Of a DNA stretch of 32,000 nucleotides, positions 25,098 to 32,000 are shown one piece after another (within the stretch, counting starts at the first letter, position 1; the number at the start of each line of letters is the position of its first letter). Location of the stretch: assembly GCA_002898395.1 (NCBI GenBank), contig BEHE01000008.1:51876-83875 (forward strand). Direction: 5' to 3'. Source of the stretch: Candidatus Calditenuaceae archaeon HR02 (GTDB lineage: Archaea > Thermoproteota > Nitrososphaeria_A > Caldarchaeales > Calditenuaceae). A model generated the notes under the pieces. The model did no database searches. It worked only from the letters and a program-made list of their open reading frames with translations, and was not told the origin of the DNA. The translations under genes and the position numbers were made by a program.

Positions 25098-25782
25098 GAT
25101 TAGTATTTACCCGTTTCGAATGAACGACCGACTCCACTTCTGCCCTTTCGCGGATGTATCCGATGCCCAAGCCGAAAGTAACGAAAGCAAACAAGCTCAA
25201 TGGGTAGGAAGTGGGCATCAGGGACGAGATAGTCCACCCTCTTGTTACCTCCCTCTGTCCAGATCTGCGCTGCCTCAAAAGGGTCATCCATTCATAGGCG
25301 CTCAGCTCTCTAATTATCGGTTTGATCTCAGCCCCAAATTGGACCACTCAATTTTGAGCATCGTATAGTCTCCGGCGAAGGTAGACAACTGTCGCCGCAC
25401 AAACTCTCGTCGACCCTCTTCCAGTAGGAGGTCATCAAGAAAGAGAGGTACCGGTAGGCCATAGGCCTTACTTCTCATAAGGGACCTACCTGCAGGTCAG
25501 AGAGGTATTTGGACAGGAGCACGTTCAGAAACGCCGGACCCGAAAGGGAGTGGTGAGTTAAGCCATAAGGCAGGATTACTATTCACATGATATCACAATG
25601 ATGTGTCAACTTCTTTAATCATTATTCGCGGTTACAGTTCTCGTTCAGGATAAACTCAGCCGCCAAAAGCGAGTCAGTTATCTGTCGACTCGGCATGGTC
25701 AACGTGTGTAATTATCTAGGCGGAGGAACAGTTTGCTATACTGCCCGAGGAATTAAGCTGCAAGGCGTTACAGAACTCAGTT

Positions 25783-26175
25783 TTATTTCTGGTATGTTAT
25801 TATTTCTATGTCTGTTACTTTTTCTATTTCTAAGAAGTCTTTATCTCGTGTCGCTATCTTTTCTATTCCGTTGGCTACCGCTATTCCAACTATCAGTATA
25901 TCTAATGCGTTTACCTCTTTGCCACTTGCTAATAATCTTGCGGCTATCTCACTTGATTCCTCAGCCGCCCGTAAGTCATATTCAAATATTGGAATGGATG
26001 AAAAGAACCCCCTAAAGAATATCTCCTCACGCTTTGCTTTAGCACTTTTTAACCCGGTTGATATCTCATGATATGTAATTACTGTCGTGCTCACTTCCTG
26101 ATCCTTTACAATATCTCTCGTAGCCTCTACTCCTCTAAAGTAATCTATCAGAAATGACGTGTCTAATAGTATCAT
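25783..26175 (-). CDS. vapC: PIN-domain toxin VapC
   Basis: MILLDTSFLIDYFRG, ...VITYHEISTGL, NALDILIVGIAVANG and IATRDKDF. It has the typical 4-nt overlap with the upstream antitoxin. Confidence 0.85.
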   Translation of the reverse strand: MILLDTSFLIDYFRGVEATRDIVKDQEVSTTVITYHEISTGLKSAKAKREEIFFRGFFSSIPIFEYDLRAAEESSEIAARLLASGKEVNALDILIVGIAVANGIEKIATRDKDFLEIEKVTDIEIITYQK

Positions 26176-26384
26176 GTCCTAAACCTAGCCATCTCTCTTA
26201 AACGCTTAGTTGACAACTCAAGCTCCATTAATAGGGGACTGTCCTTCAAACATCCGAAATACTCGGCCATATCCACTCTAGACCGCTTCAAAAGCCTCTC
26301 TATCACGTCACTAAAACTCTCGCCATCCCGCTTACGCTTGACGAGCTCCATATACACCTCATCACGGATCATAATAGTCTTCAT
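26172..26384 (-). CDS. vapB: VapB antitoxin of the DUF217/UPF0330 type
   Basis: MKTIMIRDEVYMELVKRKRDGESFSDVIERLLKR matches the family signature (KTI.I.DEVY..L...K...ESFSDVI.RLL). The start is set at the second Met; the ORF track begins at 26396. Confidence 0.75.
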   Translation of the reverse strand: MKTIMIRDEVYMELVKRKRDGESFSDVIERLLKRSRVDMAEYFGCLKDSPLLMELELSTKRLREMARFRT

Positions 26385-26489
26385 GCACACATACATGATA
26401 ACATGAGTATTTAAAAATTTTTCTTAAAAAGAGCTATAGTGATGCGATGTGGGGTTAGGCTTAACTCTAGGGGCCGCTCATAGCATGTC

Positions 26490-26663
26490 ATGAGCGGGTT
26501 AGTGTGCGGTTTGGACGTTCATAAGAGATTCTGCGACGATACGTTGGTTGACTGGTTTGGTAATGTGGTGGAGTCTAGGAGGATGCCTAGGGATGGGGTC
26601 TACTCTTTCCTTTCTAGCAGAAATGTATCTCTAGTAGTTGTGGAGTCTTCTAGCTATGTATAG
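26490..26663 (+). mobile_element. IS110-family-like transposase N-terminal fragment
   Basis: MSGLVCGLDVHKRFCDDTLVDWFGNVVESRRMP...SLVVVESSSYV* has the G.DVHK and VV.ES blocks of DEDD transposase N-termini. Only 57 codons remain. Confidence 0.45.
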
Positions 26664-26760
26664 GGGGCTAGGGTTATGGGTCTTTTCATCCGGAGAGCCA
26701 CGCTGCTGTTTGGCTTTGGAAGAAGATGCTTGGGGGCTTTAGGGGTGTCTTCTCCTCTAG

Positions 26761-27180
26761 ATGATGTCGCTATTCCTCATAGACGATACCTAGGTGGGGA
26801 TAGGTGGTTCTAGCGCGTGGTTCTTCATAGCCTATGAGTCATTCGAAAAGTAGATACTAGACATGTGGCTCTCTAGGATCAAGAACCAGCTAGTAGTCGA
26901 GGCGTTCCTTAGGGAGTTGGTTAGGAGCTTTGGGAGGACCAGTATATGTCGATGGTGATAGCCACTACCTGGCCGCATGCAGTGGCCTAGGACTAGAGCA
27001 TAGGGTATACAGCTCCGGGAGATGGATATAGAGAGCGTTATCTTCACAAAGATAAAGTTCATGACTAGAGTTTTCGATAACTATTTCCCATACAGGAGGA
27101 AGCACTGCATCCAAGAACACGTATGGAGCCGGATGAAACTAAGAACACTATTCGAAAAAGAATTGACAAAAACATGCTAA
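26761..27180 (+). mobile_element. Decayed DDE transposase remnant with two in-frame TAGs and two compensating frameshifts
   Basis: LFLIDDT*VGIGGSSAWFFIAYESFEK*ILDMWLSRIKNQLVVEAFLRELVRSFGRTS, then in the +1 frame VYVDGDSHYLAACSGLGLEHRVYSSGRWI, then back to ESVIFTKIKFMTRVFDNYFPY. The TAGs are at 26791-26793 and 26851-26853. Confidence 0.5.
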
Positions 27181-27284
27181 AAAGATTAGTAGGGATGATC
27201 AAGATTGAGTAATACCAACTTAACAGACCCAACCTTGGATTTAGAATTGCTTATATTAGGGTTTTGGTATAGGTATGTGGGATT

Positions 27285-27491
27285 ATGCCCCGTGTAATGC
27301 TGGACGAACGTCAGATTGAACTGCTCAGACGTGCTAGGGACTTGATAGACGAGCTATTAGAGACTCTAGAAGTGGCAAGCGATGCCGAACTCATGCAAGG
27401 CATTAAAGAGGCTGAGGAAGACATAGGGGCTAGCAGAATAAGAGGCTACGACGAGATGATTAAGAAGCTGAAGGAAGTTAGAGAAATATAG
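27285..27491 (+). CDS. RelB-like antitoxin (helical, archaeal type)
   Basis: 68 aa. The pattern ...LIDELLETLEVASDAELMQGIKEAEEDIGASRIRGYDEMIKKL is typical of antitoxins paired with RelE/ParE toxins. Confidence 0.5.
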   Translation: MPRVMLDERQIELLRRARDLIDELLETLEVASDAELMQGIKEAEEDIGASRIRGYDEMIKKLKEVREI

Positions 27492-27645
27492 GCTAATAGC
27501 CACATCCAGGCTTGAGAGAAGTTTTCGCAGATTGGATAAGTAGACGAAGCTAAGGATAGATGAGCAGCTAAGAATCCTAGAAACAGAACCTTATGCTGGG
27601 CTAGAGAAAAGCCTGAACAATCCAAAGGTAATAGTCGATAGATGA
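27472..27645 (+). pseudogene. Decayed RelE/ParE-like toxin
   Basis: YRLIATSRLERSFRRLDK*TKLRIDEQLRILETEPYAGLEKSL follows the RelE pattern (Y.i..s..f.k.l.kLdk....ri...l..L...Py.g). It has no start codon, an in-frame TAG at 27541-27543, and a C-terminal half I cannot recognise. Confidence 0.4.
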
Positions 27646-27796
27646 CCCTTTGGTATGGATGGGCATCAGAGAGGCTTGTACTAGAATACGAGCATCAGAG
27701 ACTCGGTATGAGGAATAAAGGTTCTTCGATAACAGGTTTATAACTATGTGTGAAACTTTTAATACATGTTAGTAATGTATACACATGGTGAGTAGT

Positions 27797-28029
27797 ATGA
27801 ATGTAACCATCAGGGATGTGGATGAGGCGGTCTTTAGACGGTTTAAAGCTAGGGCGTTGAGAAGGGTATGAAGCTTGGGGAGGCGTTGACGCAGGCCATG
27901 GAGATGTGGCTTAAGCAGAAAAGTCTAAAACCTAAGGCGAAGCTTCTGGACATAAGACCCTTTAATTGGGGGGAGAAATCCAAGAGACTCAGCTCTGAAA
28001 TCGACCAGCTCATCTACGGAGAATCATAA
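27797..28029 (+). pseudogene. vapB: Frameshifted RHH antitoxin (vapB)
   Basis: MNVTIRDVDEAVFRRFKARAL continues only after a 1-nt shift near 27858-27860: (E)KGMKLGEALTQAMEMWLKQK...IDQLIYGES*. Confidence 0.6.
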
Positions 28030-28441
28030 TTCTCCTTGATTCAAGCTTCATAGTTGCATATCTTAATGAGGCCGATAAAAATCATTCAAAAGCCCTCCGA
28101 ATAGCAGATGACTTAGAGACAAGGGCAAATATGGAACACCGGTCATCACTGACTACATATTTGACGAAGTTATCACAGTAATGCTATTGAAGATAAAGAA
28201 CATAGCAAAGACATCTGAAGTGGGCGAGGCTCTCCTTAACTCAACACTACTTCTAAGAATCGATGAACACATATTCGATTTAGCATGGAGTATATTTAAA
28301 AAGCAGGATAAGCCCAGATTCAGCTTCACCGATTGCATAACCATAGCCGTATGCAGAGTAAAGGGAATAACGAAGATAGCAACCTTCGATAAGGAGTTCC
28401 AAAACCTAAAAGAATACACAATAATAGGGCCATCAGTATAA
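28023..28441 (+). pseudogene. vapC: Frameshifted PIN-domain toxin (vapC)
   Basis: IILLDSSFIVAYLNEADKNHSKALRIADDLE runs into a frameshift near 28120-28135. It then continues as KGKYGTPVITDYIFDEVITVMLLKI...FSFTDCITIAVCRVKGITKIATFDKEF. There is no canonical start codon. Confidence 0.65.
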
Positions 28442-28883
28442 TACACAGTTACGCCCATAGTTGTGGTAGGTATGTGTTTCTGTATTGGTTTTTGCTATTC
28501 CGTCCCTCTATCTGAGGGACCTCTTTAATAGTCTTGGCCTTTGATGGGTGTCGTTGTTTACCAGTGTCCTAGATGCGGGGCTCCTCACAGCGTCGGGGCG
28601 CGATGTACTATTACGGTATGAGAAAAGGAGGAGGATAATAGAGAGCTAATCCCGACACCTATGTGGGGCTTATTCTTCTATTTAAGGCATACACTATCAA
28701 AATCTCTGAAACAAGGGATAAATGAGTGCTGTTGAGGCCAAGTGATGGCTTTGGCTCTATCCTGGGTGTGAACCGCCAACCTTCTGAGCCGGCTGCGTCT
28801 ATCGATATAATGTAACGACCTACGGGTAGACTTCGAGAATGACTGGCAGGCCTCTTTTCACCAAGAACATGGAACAGACTCTT

Positions 28884-29297
28884 TCACGCGATGAGTACTT
28901 TCATCCCTAGTAGCTTTGATAATGTTTCAGATATTGATGCTATCTCTCTGTCTAGGGTGGCGAGCTTTTCTGCTTTTATCAGATGGCACGTAGCCACATG
29001 GAGCAGGTCTAGGGTTTTCAGCCGGAGTGTAGGCGCTAGCCTAAATGATTGCTTGAGGGTTTCGTTGAAATCTATCTCTACCAGCTCGGCTCCTATGAGC
29101 TCCACCGAATACATTGCCAGTTGTAGAGGTTTTTCGAGCCCTGCGCGAGAATAGACTGACGCCAGCTCGGTCAGGACTAAGGAGCTCACGACGAGCTTCT
29201 CTCCCCTGATGTCCTGCACGAGTTTCTCAGCCACGTTATGTTGAGGGTCCTTCTCATCCACATAAGATATTATGAGGCTTGTGTCGACATATATCAA
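28884..29297 (-). CDS. vapC: PIN-domain toxin VapC
   Basis: MIYVDTSLIISYVDE, ...SSLVLTELASVYSR, LDLLHVATCHL and LATLDREI. It has a 4-nt overlap with the upstream antitoxin. Confidence 0.85.
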   Translation of the reverse strand: MIYVDTSLIISYVDEKDPQHNVAEKLVQDIRGEKLVVSSLVLTELASVYSRAGLEKPLQLAMYSVELIGAELVEIDFNETLKQSFRLAPTLRLKTLDLLHVATCHLIKAEKLATLDREIASISETLSKLLGMKVLIA

Positions 29298-29548
29298 CGC
29301 TTGGCCCGCCCTTCTCTAAGAATCTCTCCTAGCCCACCATGCCTTATCCTATAGCCCGACCTCCTCAGCCTCTCAACACCATTGTGTAGGTCTTCCCAGA
29401 ACTTCACTTCGTCAACGGCCTTCTCCATCCCCCTCTCAATCATCAGGTTTATTGCATGAGACCTGCTTCTAGCAATGCCGTACCGTACCATCTTTTCCGC
29501 CAGCTCAAGAACCTCTGTTTTTACTTTGATAGTAATTGGGTGGGACAC
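29294..29548 (-). CDS. vapB: CopG/RHH-type antitoxin (VapB)
   Basis: From the GTG at 29546-29548: (M)SHPITIKVKTEVLELAEKMVRYGIARSRSHAINLMIERGME is a beta-strand followed by two helices. A TTTATTAATTA box lies about 38 nt upstream. The ORF-track start at 29593 is probably over-extended. Confidence 0.65.
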   Translation of the reverse strand: MSHPITIKVKTEVLELAEKMVRYGIARSRSHAINLMIERGMEKAVDEVKFWEDLHNGVERLRRSGYRIRHGGLGEILREGRAKR

Positions 29549-29577
29549 TATGGTATACCCACGAATACTATGGTATA
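29547..29577 (-). promoter_or_regulatory. Two perfect 11-bp direct repeats, 20-bp period, spanning the vapB start and promoter; candidate operator
   Basis: ACTATGGTATA occurs at 29547-29557 and again at 29567-29577 on the forward strand. On the minus strand this is TATACCATAGT, twice. The proximal copy overlaps the GTG start. Confidence 0.35.
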
Positions 29578-30076
29578 GGTAATTAATAAACATTCACTGC
29601 TCAACAGCTCACGTGTTGTGAATAATTCGATGTTTTTAGCCCATACGAAGAAACTTTCGACCACTGACAATCCTTTTGCAAGCCTTGCCACTCCTCTCTC
29701 CCAAGGTTCACAGGTATGTCATGATATTTTTGGCCTTCTGCCCTAGCTATTCGTATACAACCTCCTCCAGAAGGCGGCGTAAACCTAGAGAAAAGGAAGA
29801 CCAGCGGGAGAAAAGAATATGAACACTAGAGCCTATTAGCCCCAGGCTGTCTTACTGCCGTGGCAACTCCAAATTGACTATGTAGGTATGGGTTCTATCT
29901 TTTATGGTTGCTGAGGTGATTAGTATGAACTTGTTTCCCACGATTATCAAATTTACATAATCGGAAAGGCTGTAGGACCATGGGTCTTCCCCGGTGAAGA
30001 GCTCGGCCGCCAAGACATCTTTCAAGGATAAGATGCTATGGATTGCTCCGCCGAGGTCTATTCTCGCCAGTGTTAT

Positions 30077-31171
30077 CTATGTTCCCTGGCTTGTTGGGCC
30101 TATTAGCTGCTTCCCTGTGGGGATTAGTGCGTACAGGTATCCGTTGTACTCTCCTACCACGTTGATGTAGAATGGGAAATGGTTAGGAACGTAGTTGGAA
30201 GAGGCTACTAGTCTTCCTTCGGAGCTGTAGAAAGCTATCCTAACCCTCGTCTCGTATGCTTCATAGGTTGTGTTTGCTCTTACTTGATATGGGAAGCCCA
30301 CCAGCACGCCTTCTCCGAAGGGGTGAACAAGGATTCCGCCGGAGGAGAAGTCCAGCCTATACTCGCCGAGATCACTGCACCACCTGACATCCATTGCTAT
30401 TCCCAGCCGGCAGAGAAAGAGCCACCGCTCAAAAACCACGACGACAAAGTATCCATCTCCAGTAGCTACAGCCCATCCATGGAAACCCAGAACAGGCGCC
30501 GGCCCCACCTCTCCAGAGATGGTGGTCCTCTCGATATTCACTTCTCCTTTGGGACTCAGGGTCACTATAACTATGGTGGGTGTAGCGTACCATCCTCCAG
30601 ACCTCTCGACGAATCCATGCGCCTCGACAAGCAGAAACCTCAGGTTATCCTTGGCTGTGAAGAGGATGTACTGGTAGGGGTCTTCCAAGACGAGGGGCTC
30701 TTTCGGGGACCTCCACAGCTCCCTCCCAGCATGGTCCATGGCCACCAGCCATATGTCGCCGGCTGTGGCATCGTTGGCGTAGAGGATGCCCGAGCCAGCG
30801 CCCTCGAAGTATAGATAGGTGCCACGCTTGTCAACAGTTGATACCTCTCCACTCACCAAATCGATTATCTTTGCCAGCTGCCTGTTCTCCATCAGGAAGT
30901 AAGCCTTTCCCCCATCGAATATCGGCTGACCAACCGCCAGATGCAGATACACCTGGCCATGCCAGTCATCCCTAAGCGTCGCAACCCTACTCACAGTCCC
31001 GCTCCCAACATCAAGCTTCACCAAATCCACCCTACCACTATCCGGTCTCTCGATAACTCCATGGGCTAGGTATAGAACATTCCCATCAGACCAGAGAGGA
31101 ATAGCCACTCCCTCTAGCTTCGAAATAAGATTCAACCCCGCGGCGCCTTGAGACGGCATAGTCTGGGCCAC
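30077..31171 (-). CDS. Beta-rich (propeller-like) hypothetical protein; central segment of a longer frame interrupted by in-frame stops
   Basis: 364-aa ORF with recurring hydrophobic-strand/Gly-Asp turn patterns and no family recognised. The same frame continues upstream into a signal anchor and downstream for 74 more codons. See findings. Confidence 0.55.
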   Translation of the reverse strand: MAQTMPSQGAAGLNLISKLEGVAIPLWSDGNVLYLAHGVIERPDSGRVDLVKLDVGSGTVSRVATLRDDWHGQVYLHLAVGQPIFDGGKAYFLMENRQLAKIIDLVSGEVSTVDKRGTYLYFEGAGSGILYANDATAGDIWLVAMDHAGRELWRSPKEPLVLEDPYQYILFTAKDNLRFLLVEAHGFVERSGGWYATPTIVIVTLSPKGEVNIERTTISGEVGPAPVLGFHGWAVATGDGYFVVVVFERWLFLCRLGIAMDVRWCSDLGEYRLDFSSGGILVHPFGEGVLVGFPYQVRANTTYEAYETRVRIAFYSSEGRLVASSNYVPNHFPFYINVVGEYNGYLYALIPTGKQLIGPTSQGT

Positions 31172-31761
31172 AGTATTAGTAACCGTCTCCCTAGTCTCCG
31201 CCGCAGTTGTCCAGGGTTACTGGGTCTGATGAACTAGGAATGTAGCTAGGGAGCCAAGAACAAGAGCCGCGACGATGAGGAGAAAAATACCGGCCCTCAA
31301 GTACATGATCTGCTAAACTTTCATAAATTTAAAAATTGACCCAATCACACTGGCGGATATATCTTCCGGGATAGGTGGGGTGGCGTGTATCACTGCTCCG
31401 AAGCGCGGGTCATAGGGTGTAACGTAACGCCTCATGGATGACGCCTACAAGCTTTTTTGGTCATCAAGGTCGCCGCCAAGTTTATCTCCATTGCTCTTCT
31501 TGGCGGGGGATGGGCTGTGTTATGAGCCCGCAACCTTGGAGAAATTTAACATGCTATTACGTAGGAAAAGGGGAAGCCTGGGCGTCGAATAACGACTCAT
31601 GTTAGGTGGTTTAGTTTTCTTTACTATGTCTCGCACCCGTGGATGGCCGAGGGGAGATAAACCACAAGGCAGGCCACAAAGAAAACAATAAAAACAACTT
31701 AACAGACCACTCACAGTCCGCAGACTCCTATTTATATGGGAAATGGCTAGTATCAACTGGG

Positions 31762-32000
31762 TTGGGTTACGTTCGCGTAAAGTGCATGGTTAGAAACCCA
31801 GAGGATAATGTTTGCGAGGAGATTGAAATGCTAGCTGATACAGGTTCGTGGTACGTGGCTCTTCCAAGAATCGTTGCCAATAAGCTAAGACTCCGTATAA
31901 TAGGCAAGGAGAGAGTCACGCTAGCAGATAGTAAGGAGATCGAAGTAGAGCTGGCACCAATATACATAGAGGTTCTGGGGAGGGGGACCCACACTCTGGC
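31762..32000 (+). CDS. Retropepsin-like (clan AA) aspartyl protease, 5' part (continues beyond the window)
   Basis: (M)GYVRVKCMVRNPEDNVCEEIEMLADTGSWYVALPRIVANKLRL...VTLADSKEIEVELAPIYIEVLG contains the DTG active-site motif in the usual strand context. The TTG start at 31762 lies about 28 nt downstream of the TATA box TTTATAT (31731-31737). ATG 31786 is an alternative start. There is no stop before the window end. Confidence 0.55.
   Translation, partial: MGYVRVKCMVRNPEDNVCEEIEMLADTGSWYVALPRIVANKLRLRIIGKERVTLADSKEIEVELAPIYIEVLGRGTHTL

Noticed and set aside
28544-28621. 25-codon ORF MGVVVYQCPRCGAPHSVGARCTITV as a mini zinc-ribbon protein
   Set aside because: It has only three Cys, is very short, shows no promoter signal I can recognise, and sits in a region full of gene debris.
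24541-31219. TAG as a recoded sense codon (pyrrolysine-like or suppressed amber) to explain the in-frame TAGs
   Set aside because: TAG terminates intact, well-supported genes in the same window (hxlR-type at 10297-10299 and the AbrB antitoxin gene at 16367-16369). The interrupted genes also carry frameshifts or TAA stops. No Pyl machinery is visible here. It is kept only as a low-probability note in the findings.
31767-31994. Minus-strand 75-aa ORF at the window end
   Set aside because: It lies antisense to a plus-strand frame with a clear DTG retropepsin-like motif and a correctly spaced TATA box. Its own product is low-complexity (Ser/Leu/Thr).
1-32000. CRISPR arrays, rRNA genes or long tandem repeats
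   Set aside because: Reading through all the intergenic regions, I found no regularly spaced direct repeats of 24-40 bp and no rRNA-like conserved stretches.

Overview
Archaeal, crenarchaeote-like chromosomal window. Supporting signs are a G1P dehydrogenase, Arch_ATPase/DUF234 remnants, and TATA-like boxes about 24-28 nt upstream of many start codons, which is a leaderless-type layout.

Layout:
(i) 1-4.1 kb is a housekeeping block: the 3' end of a solute-binding protein gene, agmatinase, G1P dehydrogenase, NAD kinase and a Nob1-like PIN protein.
(ii) About 4.3-6.15 kb is a sharply GC-rich insert. Sampled 60-nt lines give about 68% GC here against about 48% in the housekeeping block. It carries a CoA-disulfide reductase/NADH oxidase-type flavoprotein.
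(iii) 6.15-14.6 kb is entirely minus strand and mostly AT-rich (a sampled line gives about 38% GC). It holds merA without an N-terminal metal-binding domain, followed upstream by uncharacterised genes. These are a 39-codon Cys-rich micro-ORF, three proteins sharing an exact 19-residue Met-rich LPxEKR-type repeat, a small membrane protein with a vicinal Cys pair, an HxlR regulator with two CxC motifs, and a tight three-gene operon. That operon encodes a membrane-anchored WCTPC thioredoxin-fold protein flanked by two paralogous Cys-bearing membrane proteins. I consider this the candidate undescribed system: a thiol/thioether-rich soft-metal or redox island.
(iv) 14.6-32 kb is a decaying accessory region. 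It contains IS transposase remnants, seven toxin-antitoxin loci (three intact vapBC pairs, the rest truncated or frameshifted), a beta-carbonic-anhydrase/CS2-hydrolase-like gene and a truncated DUF1156 defence-methylase N-terminus. It also has a PA-clan serine protease operon, a multiply disrupted Arch_ATPase gene, a secreted beta-rich protein gene interrupted by two in-frame stops, and the 5' part of a retropepsin-like protease.

No rRNA, tRNA or CRISPR array was recognised. All family assignments come from motif recall, not from searches.
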